From Ferruginibacter sp. (GTDB lineage Bacteria; Bacteroidota; Bacteroidia; Chitinophagales; Chitinophagaceae): a DNA stretch of 64,000 nt. The position numbers were made by a program, and so were the translations under genes. The first letter of the stretch is position 1; every line of letters begins with the position of its first letter. The stretch covers positions 2,087 through 66,086 of the forward strand of contig JBDSLD010000418.1 of assembly GCA_039916545.1 (NCBI GenBank), given 5' to 3'. The notes beneath the pieces are model-generated. The model was given only the letters and a program-made list of their open reading frames with translations, searched no databases and was not told where the DNA came from. This document shows, one piece after another, positions 31,001 to 39,650 of this stretch.

Positions 31001-31243
31001 GGTGTTATTACCAGAACACGGGTCTTCCCTAATCCGGCAAACAAATCAGTTACGGTAAGCATGAGCGATTTTAAAAGTACCGCTGATCTTTTATTGTATG
31101 ACATTTATGGAAAACTCTTATTAAAACAAAGAGCCCGCAAGTCTGATACGCAGGTTGATATTTCAAACCTACCTTCCGGTACTTATATAATCAGGGTAAA
31201 GAACAATGGAAAAGAAACCAACCTGAAAATTGTTAAACAGTAG
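28079..31243 (+). CDS. secreted M36 (fungalysin) metalloprotease with 2x FN3, PPC domain and T9SS type-A C-terminal sorting domain
   Basis: The track ORF starts at 27938; the ATG at 28079 gives the signal peptide MKKLLLFSLLINVTFCTYAQ. The zinc site reads IIAHEYTHGISNRLTG...EGWSDFF. Two FN3 repeats follow (...NYTVEYKLNTA...). A PPC-like GDNDYYKF domain is present. The CTD reads VFPNPANKSVTVS...GTYIIRVKNNGKETNLKIVKQ. Confidence 0.9.
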   Translation: MKKLLLFSLLINVTFCTYAQVSDNATGIANKLLQKNIAAAGLKPADLGNSIVTGTYLVPGSNIRMVYLQQTYQDIPVYNQVQVLAFNGDKLVSNAGGRLPAVEQLNKNAARSATISSANAVQASLALLKIKPSQDIVALRSPGNGKKFEFGKQNISIENITAELIWLPVDDGKELKLVWQVFVAPHNDQDYWLVRIDATNNSFINKQSLTIKCNWDTEDHSEKGHLNNNNGLSTGPGSKPLVSPGNNKSGAGAQVVNTATYRVIKYPAESPQHSGGASVLVTAPWNMSPGNATTLGWHNDGTTSYSNTRGNNVYAYEDRNADNLTGVSPVSTTAQPSLTFNFVPDFTLAPTVTSPTPNQQFNTTNLFYWNNLMHDLSYIYGFNEASRNFQNNNQSRGGAGADYVLAESQDGSGTNNANFSTPADGGRGRMQMYLWTAPTPDRDGDVDNGIIAHEYTHGISNRLTGNGSTCLTNAEQMGEGWSDFFGLMITQDWSTTALNDGFSKPRGIGTYALNQPITGLGIRQYRYTTDMSVNPLTYGNLASVVAPHGVGTIWCTALWDMTWEIIQQNGTINPNIFNIGVGGGNAIALKLVLEGLRLQPCSPGFIDGRNAILKADTLFFGAQYSCAIIKAFARRGMGLGASQGSSNSRTDQTLSFVDCSSATCNTPTGLTATNITTTSAAVNWSAVSGATNYTVEYKLNTASAWITAAAATTATTASISGLTAASLYDWRVRTNCSSGSGAFTAAQFTTSATANCSAPTGLTTSAITTSSATVNWATVPGALNYTVEYKLNTAATWTVAATAITATSFNITGLTAGSAYNCRVLATCPAGNSAYTQVNFTTTSLGCASSYDISSNGTTGGAAQIPLNTDVTGLISPTGDNDYYKFVITTSGTATITLSTLPADYDIRLYRSNGTSQLAISQNGNTTSETISGNFGAGTYYLKVYGYNGANNANTCYTLKVATGTASFGEELLPGVITRTRVFPNPANKSVTVSMSDFKSTADLLLYDIYGKLLLKQRARKSDTQVDISNLPSGTYIIRVKNNGKETNLKIVKQ

Positions 31244-31261
31244 TTGGATTATAATTTTACG

Positions 31262-31303
31262 CAAAAAAGCCTTCCTCAACAGGGGGGCTTTTTTCCTGTT
31301 GAG
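31262..31303 (+). terminator. hairpin/T-tract after the M36 protease gene
   Basis: AAAAAAGCC (31263-31271) pairs perfectly with GGCTTTTTT (31286-31294). An alternative stem pairs CTCAACAGG (31275-31283) with CCTGTTGAG (31295-31303). The structure is about 20 nt after the stop codon. Confidence 0.45.
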
Positions 31304-31457
31304 ATATTACCGGCAGACTCATTCGCTTTAAATAGTGAGATCTGTGACGGAAAATTCAAATATGTGTCGCACAATTTGGGCGGTTTATTTTAAGCCGATC
31401 ATTACTGATCCCGTGCATTGGCTTATTTTTGCCAAATTCATAATTAATTATACCTGT

Positions 31458-32255
31458 ATGACATTTACTACTACGAAAAGGATAATACTCATTGCATTAT
31501 TTTTATACCTGCCCTTTGCCACCATCGCCTGGGGTGTGGAAGGACACCGCATAGTCGGGCAAATAGCCGACGGGTACCTGACGAAGAAAGCTAAAAAAGA
31601 AATCGCTAAAATACTGGGAACCGAATCTATCGCCATCACCAGTAACTGGGCGGATTTTATAAAATCGGATACGGCCTATAAATATTTATACAACTGGCAC
31701 TTTGTTAATTTAAAGCCGGGCCAAACGGACAATGAAGTGCAGTCTTACCTGGAGAAAGACACTATCGTTGACGCATATACGAAAATTAATTTCATTATAG
31801 CCGAATTAAAAAAGAAGGAACTTTCGCCTGAAAATAAATTACTGTACCTGCGCATGCTGATTCACCTGGTCGGGGATATTCACCAGCCAATGCATACCGG
31901 GCGCGCGGACGATGAGGGTGGAAATAAAATAAAAGTGATGTGGTTTGGGCAGTCCAAAAATTTACACCAGATGTGGGATGACCAGTTGATCCTTTTCCAG
32001 CAATTGAGCTATACGGAATATTCGGAGTCCATCAACCACCCAACCAATGAGCAAATAAATGAATGGCAGCATGATCCGCTTAGTAAATGGGTGTACCAGT
32101 CGTACCAGTTGGCCGAAAGGATTTATGGTGATATAAAAGAGCCCGATCAAAAGCTGGACTATAAATATAATTTTAATTATGTAAGTATAGTCAATCAACA
32201 ACTGTTAAAAGGAGGTGTAAGGCTGGCTGGTATTTTGAATGAAATATTTGGGTAG
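31458..32255 (+). CDS. S1/P1 family zinc nuclease
   Basis: The ATG at 31458 gives a signal peptide ending ...PFATIAWGVEGHRIVGQIA, so the mature N-terminal Trp is a zinc ligand. Other blocks are NWADFIK, HLVGDIHQPMHTG and GGNKIKV...NLHQMWD. Confidence 0.9.
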   Translation: MTFTTTKRIILIALFLYLPFATIAWGVEGHRIVGQIADGYLTKKAKKEIAKILGTESIAITSNWADFIKSDTAYKYLYNWHFVNLKPGQTDNEVQSYLEKDTIVDAYTKINFIIAELKKKELSPENKLLYLRMLIHLVGDIHQPMHTGRADDEGGNKIKVMWFGQSKNLHQMWDDQLILFQQLSYTEYSESINHPTNEQINEWQHDPLSKWVYQSYQLAERIYGDIKEPDQKLDYKYNFNYVSIVNQQLLKGGVRLAGILNEIFG

Positions 32256-32374
32256 GAAAGGTAGCAGGTAGATGGCCAGGTTGAGGGCTGAAGTAAGTGT
32301 TGGAAGGCTCTTTGGCAATTTGCTGGTAACGACTTTGGCTAGTTACAGTAAGTAAGAATAATATTAACGTCCTG

Positions 32375-33613
32375 ATGAAACAAGATAAAAAATTTAAGCT
32401 CATCCTCGTGTTGGGCATGATCACCGCTATCGGTCCTTTTTCGATTGATATGTACCTGCCTGCATTTACCAATATCGCTGTGGACCTGCACACCACAGTG
32501 GCACATGTTTCATTGTCATTGTCAAGTTTTTTTATCGGGATATCTATCGGCCAGTTTATATACGGGCCATTACTGGATCGTTATGGCCGCAAAAAGCCGC
32601 TTTATGCCGGCCTGGTTCTCTACCTTGTTGCTTCTGCGCTTTGCGCGATGGCAGGCTCCGCAGATAGCCTGATCGCTTTACGTTTTTTGCAGGCATTGGG
32701 CAGTTGTGCGGGTATGGTGGCATCCCGGGCGATGGTAAGGGATCTTTTTGATGTGGCGGATAATGCGAAAGTTTTTTCCATGTTGATGCTGGTGGTAGGG
32801 GTGTCCCCGATCATAGCGCCTACATTAGGAGGTTACATCACATCTTCCCTTGGCTGGCATTATGTATTTGTATTGCTCACCATCATGGCCGTTGTGATAC
32901 TGGCAGCCGTCCATTTTATTTTGCCGGAAAGCCGGGCTCCTGATCCTGATTATTCTTTAAAACCTGCTGCCATTTTTAATAGTTTTCTTGGCGTGTTGAA
33001 AGAACCGCAGTTTTATACGTACGCCTTTACAGGTGCCATCGCCGCGGCCGGTCTGTATGCTTATATTGCTGGTTCTCCTTCGGTTTTTATGGAACTTTAC
33101 AAAGTGTCGGAAAAGCAATATGGATGGATATTTGCCCTGGTTGCCGCGGGCCTTATCATTTCGAGCCAGATCAATAGTTTGCTATTAAGAAAATATAAAA
33201 GCGAACAAATTATCAGGGTCGCTTTATTCTGCCAAAGCATCACCGGCATCACCCTTTTTGTTGGATCCATGTATGGCTGGATCGGGCTTGCGGGAACGAT
33301 CGTGCTCATTTTATTGTTCCTGAGTTGCCAGGGATTTACTTTCCCTAATTCATCTGCGCTTTCAATGGCTCCGTTCAGTAAAAATGCCGGGAGTGCTTCT
33401 GCTTTAATGGGCGCCATCCAAATGGGGATCGGTGCATTTACTTCTGCGTCAGTGAGTTTTTTAAGCAACAATACGGCCCTGCCAATGACGGGTGTAATGG
33501 CCTGCTGTTCGATATCAAGTTTTTGTATTTTAATGATCGGTGGAAAGATCATCCGCTATAAAGCCACGCTCAAAGAAGTAGAGGAGGAAACAGTGATGGG
33601 AGTGGAGTATTGA
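32375..33613 (+). CDS. Bcr/CflA-family MFS drug efflux transporter
   Basis: The sequence TAIGPFSIDMYLPAFTNIA...GPLLDRYGRKKP... is the Bcr/CflA signature. There are 12 TM segments. Confidence 0.9.
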   Translation: MKQDKKFKLILVLGMITAIGPFSIDMYLPAFTNIAVDLHTTVAHVSLSLSSFFIGISIGQFIYGPLLDRYGRKKPLYAGLVLYLVASALCAMAGSADSLIALRFLQALGSCAGMVASRAMVRDLFDVADNAKVFSMLMLVVGVSPIIAPTLGGYITSSLGWHYVFVLLTIMAVVILAAVHFILPESRAPDPDYSLKPAAIFNSFLGVLKEPQFYTYAFTGAIAAAGLYAYIAGSPSVFMELYKVSEKQYGWIFALVAAGLIISSQINSLLLRKYKSEQIIRVALFCQSITGITLFVGSMYGWIGLAGTIVLILLFLSCQGFTFPNSSALSMAPFSKNAGSASALMGAIQMGIGAFTSASVSFLSNNTALPMTGVMACCSISSFCILMIGGKIIRYKATLKEVEEETVMGVEY

Positions 33614-33626
33614 AATACTACTCACT

Positions 33627-34208
33627 TCATAACCTCACTATTTTATTGATTATAATTTTCGTATCAAAGCTTTGATCATGTTTTTGTTGCTCCTGTATTT
33701 TTCTTACAACTGCCATCCCCTTAAAAACCTTTCCAAAGGCTGAAAAACCGAGAGTATCGGTGCCGCCACCATTGCCGAAATCGAACTGGCTTTGATCGCC
33801 GATACAAATAAAAAATTCCGTGCTGGCGGAGCCGGGTGTGGTCCTGGCAAGTGAAATAGTTCCATCTGTATGCGAGAGCCCGGTTTGTTTGGTTGATTCG
33901 TGTTCGATGCCTGGCACATCAGGATGTTGCTTGTCATTGGTTTGATAAATGCCACCCTGTATCAACCCGACATTGTTTGCCGCGCTTAGGCCTTCCAGCA
34001 TTACCACGCGATAAAATGAGCTGTTGTTATAAAAACCGGAATCAATATAAGACAAAAAAGCAGCTACGGTTTTGGGTGCTTTTTCAGGATAAACCTCTAG
34101 CTCAATATCACCAAAAGCAGTGGATATTACCAGGTGGGGGTCTTTGTAAGCCGGTTGGCTGCAACTAAAAATGATGAGTACGATAAAGACGGGGAGGAAC
34201 TTTTTCAT
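33627..34208 (-). CDS. cyclophilin-type peptidyl-prolyl cis-trans isomerase (lipoprotein)
   Basis: It has the lipobox FIVLIIFSCS. Cyclophilin blocks are FYRVV, GTISLARTTPGSASTEFFICIG and FGKVFKGMAVVRKI. Confidence 0.9.
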   Translation of the reverse strand: MKKFLPVFIVLIIFSCSQPAYKDPHLVISTAFGDIELEVYPEKAPKTVAAFLSYIDSGFYNNSSFYRVVMLEGLSAANNVGLIQGGIYQTNDKQHPDVPGIEHESTKQTGLSHTDGTISLARTTPGSASTEFFICIGDQSQFDFGNGGGTDTLGFSAFGKVFKGMAVVRKIQEQQKHDQSFDTKIIINKIVRL

Positions 34209-34401
34209 GCACGGAAATTAATTAATTTTCGTGATTTAATACGCCAGGTAAAATAAGTCCGGCAATTGCCGGGGTTTCACGTTCGCTGCTTTTTACTGGC
34301 CATATAATCCGTGAGAACCCCGTCAGTATGTCGCTTAGGTATAATGGTAAGCAGCAATCGAGTTTGCTGCCAATGAGCGGATCTGTTGTTGGAGGTATGT
34401 T

Positions 34402-34857
34402 CTAACCAGCAAGCCTTACATTTACAGCGCTGGCGCCTTTTGGTCCCATTTCAACCTCAAAGGTAACCTTGCTGCTTTCCTTGATCTTATCCAGGAATGC
34501 ATTCATATGAACAAATACGCTTTCCTGCGACTCCTGGTCCTTTATAAATCCATAGCCTTTTGCTTCATTGAAAAATGTAACCGTTCCTTTCCTTATCAGG
34601 TCTGCAGGGTCGAATGGCTTTTGTTTTGGGACACCAATTTCAATGTCTTCCACATTTATTTTTATTTTTTTCCTCGGATCGGGCGGGGTAGATGACAGGT
34701 TGCCGTTTTCGTCAATGTAGGCTAACATATCATCAAAGCTTTTTCCTTCCTTCGCGTTGTCTTTGCGCTCTTGTTTTTTTTCTTCCTTGTCTTTTTTACT
34801 TTTTTGTTTCTTTTTTTCTCTTTCTTTTTTACTCCATGTTTCCTGTGATTTAGCCAT
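34402..34857 (-). CDS. cold-shock-domain protein with Lys/Glu-rich N-terminal extension
   Basis: The C-terminal CSD reads KGTVTFFNEAKGYGFIKDQESQESVFVHMNA (RNP1/RNP2-like). The N-terminal ~85 aa are KKEREKKKQKSKKDKEEKKQERKD.... Confidence 0.9.
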   Translation of the reverse strand: MAKSQETWSKKEREKKKQKSKKDKEEKKQERKDNAKEGKSFDDMLAYIDENGNLSSTPPDPRKKIKINVEDIEIGVPKQKPFDPADLIRKGTVTFFNEAKGYGFIKDQESQESVFVHMNAFLDKIKESSKVTFEVEMGPKGASAVNVRLAG

Positions 34858-35191
34858 AATTTTTCTTTATTATTTTAGTTTTTTTTATGAATGAACAAAT
34901 ATTGATTGATGTCGTTACCGGTAAAAAACGTAAATATTCAATTGAAGGTACAAAATTCTATCCCTTCCTGCAAACGGATATTTATATTTCTGCTAAAACA
35001 GCCACCAGTGCGGATGGCATCTCGCGAAGCCATCCCGGTTTATAAATGGTTTTAAATAATCGAATGTAAGCAGCGGCAGCTTTACCACAGCTACATTTGA
35101 GGCAATTTTGGATACAGGAATAGAAAATTTTCCAATTTCATAAATGCGTTCCACTGATAATTTACCACCTTCGCCATCTTAAAAATAAACA

Positions 35192-35779
35192 ATGGAATTA
35201 ACGCCTGACTATTTTAACCGGCTGGTAGTGGATCGCCGCTCCGTATTTCCCAAACAGTTTGATACTTCAAAGAAAGTGCCGGATGAGGTAGTACAACAAA
35301 TAATATTAAATGCGACCTGGGCGCCCAATCATGGGCAGGAAGAACCATGGTTCTTTAAAGTTTTTACCCGCAACGGGCTGCAAAAATTTGCAGAACTACA
35401 AAGTAACCTCTACAAAGAAGACGCCGGGGAATCTTTTAAGGAAGATAAATTTATAAAATTACAGCAACAGCCCTTACAAGCATCCCATATCATTTCGATT
35501 GGGATGAAACGGACCACAGGTAAACAAATTCCTGAGATCGAAGACATTGAAGCCGTAGCCTGCGCCGTACAAAATATTTATTTATCCGTAGCTGCCTATG
35601 GCCTGGGCGGTTACTGGACCACGGGAGGAATTACTTACCTCGAAAAAGCGAAGTATCAGTTTGGCCTCGGCGATGCTGATAAATTATTAGGTTTCTTTTA
35701 TATTGCGCATGTAGCGATCCCCTCACCAAAGGGAAAACGCAAACCGATAGAGGAAAAAGTGGCCTGGGTAGTAGATTAG
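35192..35779 (+). CDS. nitroreductase-family oxidoreductase
   Basis: The N-terminal block reads RRSVFPKQF...VPDEVVQQIILNATWAPNHGQEEPWFF. A further block is ...AVQNIYLSVAAYGLGGYWTTG.... Confidence 0.85.
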   Translation: MELTPDYFNRLVVDRRSVFPKQFDTSKKVPDEVVQQIILNATWAPNHGQEEPWFFKVFTRNGLQKFAELQSNLYKEDAGESFKEDKFIKLQQQPLQASHIISIGMKRTTGKQIPEIEDIEAVACAVQNIYLSVAAYGLGGYWTTGGITYLEKAKYQFGLGDADKLLGFFYIAHVAIPSPKGKRKPIEEKVAWVVD

Positions 35780-36117
35780 CCTGCCTTTGAATTTTACTTA
35801 TTTGTTGTCAACTCGTCTATGATGCGCACGTCCAGCACATCTTAGAAGAGTCCTGCTGCCTGAAGTTTTCTATTTTAATGGTAAAGATCACTGGCATGAA
35901 AAATTATAGTATTCCCTGCTTAACCTTAAAAATGTGTATTAATGGCCTTCCAAAGAGAAGTTGATTATTGAAAATTCTATTCAAAACTGTTTAACCTTTC
36001 CCGCTCACGCTGGCAACCCGTCTTGTTATTTTGCCGTTTAAACGATGAAATACAGTAACTTAATACTTTCAATTTACCATCAACATTGCGGGCTTTCTTT
36101 GAGTTAAATTTTCATTG

Positions 36118-38754
36118 ATGAAAAATCTCCTGGTCACACTTTGTTTTATAGGAGCAGGGCTTACCTCTTTTGCAAATCATACCAAAGGGGGATGGATGTA
36201 TTACAGATATGTTGGTCCGGGTACCAGCCCCAATACAGCCTTGTATGTCATTACCCTGAAAATTTATACGGAATGTGTACTAACCGCCAATCAGTGGTGC
36301 CCCGATGTTAACATCGCTATTTATTCGGCGGCTAATAATTCTTTGATCGAGAATGTGGACGTACCCGGCAGCAATGTGATGAATATTCAAAATTGTACCC
36401 GGCAGGTGTGTCATCCATGCATTAACGATATACCGAACATCTGTTACAAGATCGCCACATTTGAATTTTACAGGCAACTGCCGGTTACTTAGACTGGTTA
36501 TATAATTTCTTACCAGCGTTGTTGCCGGGTCGCTAATATCATCAACCTGCAGCCCGGATCCAGTACGATTGGCGATACCTGGGCAGTTAGTATACCCGGG
36601 ACCGGTGGAAATGATTCGCTGGCCCATCAGAATTCAAGTGCCTTGTTTTCCCAGAACGACACGGCCATCATTTGCAAGGGCAACTCTTTTAATTTTGATT
36701 TTAGCGCAAAGGATATCGACGGGGATTCGCTGGCTTACGCTTTTACAGATGCCTGGTATGCATCACGGGGAAACGGCGCGCAATGCAACGGGCAGGCAGA
36801 TGCCCCGCCTTACACCTATGTAAATTATGTCGCGCCTTTTTCAGGCAGCCAGCCTTCGGGAAGCAATGTCACCATTGATCCGGCTACGGGGATCGTGACC
36901 GGCATCGCTCCCGGCTTGGAAGGAACTTATGTTGTTACCTGCACCGTGACTGAATATAAAAGGGGCACGAACATTATAAAATCTTCCGTGCATAAATCGC
37001 TGCATATTTTTGTTGCCGATTGCTCATTGACGCAGGCAATTTTAAAGCCTGTCTATTTTAGCTGCGATAGTTTGACAAGGTCATTCATTAATGAGGCATA
37101 TGGCGGCAATATTAAGACCTACTCCTGGGATTTTGGTGTGGCAGGCACTTCCGATGATACGGCCAATATTGAAAATCCTTCCTTTACCTATCCCGATACA
37201 GGGACCTATGTTTTAAAGTTAGTCGTCAACAAAAATTTGCCCTGTTCCGATTCTGCATTTTCTATAGTAAAGGTATACCCTGTTTTTTCACCCGGTTTTT
37301 CGGCGTTGGGACAATGTAAAAATACCCCGATCCGTTTTTTTGACAACACCACTTCCACCTATGGAAAGGTCGATTCCTGGAGTTGGGATTTTGGAGACGG
37401 CGCTGTAAGCAACGATACATTTACGCTGCAAAATCCCAACCATTATTATGCCATTGAGGCCATCTATACTGTTTCGGTAACGGTGGGTAATAGCATGGGA
37501 TGCAGCGGGGTTGCCGTTAAAGATATTTTGATAACGAATAAGCCGGCGCTCGAACTAACACACGACACCCTGATCTGTAGCATAGATACGTTACAATTAA
37601 GCGCCATAGGCCAGGGAACGGTTTTATGGGGACCGGATTACAACATCAACAATCTCGCTTCTGCTGCTCCATTGGTAAGTCCTGATGTGCCGACCATTTA
37701 CTATGCCAGGCTCACTGATCCCTACGGTTGCTCGGGAACTGATTCTGTTTTCGTAGATGTCAAACAGCTGGTAACACTAAAAACGGGTAATGATACCATC
37801 GTATGCCAGTCGGATCCCATGATCCTGCCGTTATCAGGCGACGCATTACATTATAACTGGACAGAGAGCCCGCCTTCAGGCAGCCTGGATGATCCTTCTC
37901 TAAAAAATCCTGTAGCTACACCAGCCACCAGTACTACTTACCGCGTTACCGGAAACATTGGCAAATGTATAGCCGCCGACAATATTTTTATTAAGGTGGT
38001 ACCTTATCCAAAAGCAAGTGCGGGCACTGATACATCCATTTGCCTGGGAACATCGGTTCAGTTACATGCAACAGGTGGAAGCTATTATTCCTGGAGCCCG
38101 CCGACTTTTTTGAGCAGCCTGCTGGTTCCGGATCCTTTTTCAGTAAAACCGGTCAGTGATATCCGGTATACGGTTACGGTCAGCGATGTGCTGGGTTGCC
38201 CCAAATCTGTCAGCAGCTCCATCCAGGTGACTGTTTTAAGCGTGATAGCCAATGCTGGCCCTTCCGACACGACCGTAGTATTGGAACAACCATTGCAGCT
38301 AACTGCCACCGGCGGAACTACTTACCAGTGGACGCCACCGCAATGGCTCAGCAGTAATACTATTGCGGCCCCTGTTTCCGTACCACAAAACGATATCGGG
38401 TACATCGTGAAAGTGAGCAACAGCACCGGTTGTTTTGATTATGACAGCATTCATGTGAAAGTATATTCGGTAGCGCCGGGCATTTATGTCCCCACCGCCT
38501 TTACGCCAAACGATGACGGCCGGAACGATTTTTTCAGACCGGTAGCGCTGGGTCTAAAAACCATGGATGTATTCAGGATATACAACCGCTGGGGCCAGCT
38601 GTTATTCAGCGACACCAATATTGAATCGGCAGGTTGGGATGGCTCGTACAAAGGCAATAAGCAGGAACCAGCCACGTACGTGTGGTACGCGGAAGGCACC
38701 AACTACAGGAATGAAAAAATAAATAAGAGGGGATACGTGGTGTTGATACGGTAG
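36118..38754 (+). pseudogene. T9SS type-B (gliding-motility-associated C-terminal domain) PKD-repeat adhesin, interrupted by a single in-frame TAG at 36490-36492
   Basis: ORFs 36115-36492 and 36643-38754 share one frame. Read-through gives ...FYRQLPVT*TGYIISYQRCCRVANIINLQPG... with no other stop. It has a signal peptide (MKNLLVTLCFIGAGLTSFA). PKD motifs are present (YSWDFGVAG..., WSWDFGDGA...). The type-B CTD reads VPTAFTPNDDGRNDFFRP...RIYNRWGQLLF...WDGSYKG...PATYVWY. Confidence 0.75.
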
Positions 38755-38765
38755 GGGATTGAGGT

Positions 38766-38850
38766 GATGCTGGATGCTGGATGCGGGATGCGGGATGCTT
38801 GATACTGGATGCTGGATACTGGATACTGGATACTGGATGCTTGATACTGG
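38766..38850. repeat. heptanucleotide tandem array (GATRCKK)x12
   Basis: The array reads gatgctg gatgctg gatgcgg gatgcgg gatgctt gatactg gatgctg gatactg gatactg gatactg gatgctt gatactg. Confidence 0.9.
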
Positions 38851-38870
38851 AACCAATATCTCGCTGATGA

Positions 38871-39240
38871 CATTTCATCACAAGTACGTCCCAGCGGGGT
38901 TTTCACGGCTTACTATTCAAACCGTAAAAGTGCCGGCCGTGAAACCCTGCTGCAGAAAAGAGCTACAATCCGAATACTACAGAAGTCTAAAAATCGATTA
39001 CTTGGTTGCATTTCAGCACAAGTACGTCCCAGCGGGGTTTTCACGGCTTATTATTCAAACCCTAAAAGTGCCTATCGTGAAACCCTGCTGCAGAAAAGAG
39101 CTACAATCCGAATACTACAAGGGTCTAAAAATAGATTACTTGGTTACATTTCATCACAAGTAGGTCCCAGCGGAGTTTTCACGGCTTATTATTCAAACCG
39201 TAAAAGTGCCGGCCGTGAAACCCTGCTGTCGAAAAGAACC
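38871..39240. repeat. 138-bp tandem repeat, ~2.7 copies, each with an internal imperfect hairpin
   Basis: Units start at 38871, 39009 and 39147, a period of exactly 138 nt. They are about 90% identical by eye. The arms CAGCGGGGTTTTCACGGC (38892-38909) and GCCGTGAAACCCTGCTG (38936-38952) are complementary. Confidence 0.85.
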
Positions 39241-39306
39241 GTAACTTTTATACTGCCACGAAGGACGCAATCATTGATAGATCAACGGAATCGAAGTGCT
39301 TTTCTA

Positions 39307-39381
39307 CAGCAGGGTTGCACGCTTGAAGGGTTTATAATTTATAAAGCGAGCTGTGAAACCCCTCTGGGACGTACTTGTGAT
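39307..39381. repeat. inverted, diverged copy of the hairpin core of the 138-bp unit
   Basis: The sequence cagcagggttgcacgc...gctgtgaaacccctctgggacgtacttgtgat is the reverse complement of the atcacaagtacgtcccagcggggttttcac... part of the units. Confidence 0.7.
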
Positions 39382-39447
39382 TGTATGGTTAAACGTATAC
39401 TTTGTGGAGAGCTGTGAATCCTGCTGTAGAAGTACAAGCCGCACGCT

Positions 39448-39540
39448 CCAGCATCCAGTATCCAGTATCCATCATCCAGCACCCAGCATCCAGCACCCAG
39501 CGCCCAGTATCCAGCACCCAGCATCCAGCACCCAACATCA
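39448..39540. repeat. heptanucleotide tandem array (CCAGYAY)x13, reverse complement of the 38766 array
   Basis: The array reads ccagcat ccagtat ccagtat ccatcat ccagcac ccagcat ccagcac ccagcgc ccagtat ccagcac ccagcat ccagcac ccaacat. Confidence 0.9.
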
Positions 39541-39650
39541 TCCCCCGCCTACAAAATACCGCCATTCACCGCTTCCAACCATTACTTTGCCTAAAGATGC
39601 TTTTACTACTTGTAAACACATTATACATTTGGGGTATAAATTTATCAGCC

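Noticed and set aside
38774-39163. A 129-aa plus-strand ORF running through the 138-bp repeats. Sibling ORFs are 38602-38856, 38606-38881, 38703-38906 and 39353-39661, plus the first 83 codons of 39402-40421.
   Set aside because: All lie within heptamer or 138-bp repeats, and several overlap each other on both strands. Differences between repeat units are almost all non-synonymous. The peptides are low-complexity (HPASSIQ and LDAGCW patterns). The real downstream gene starts at ATG 39651.
38871-39381. A CRISPR array interpretation of the repeated units.
   Set aside because: The units are directly contiguous 138-bp copies with no unique spacers between them. Repeat length is far outside the CRISPR range, and no cas genes are in the window.
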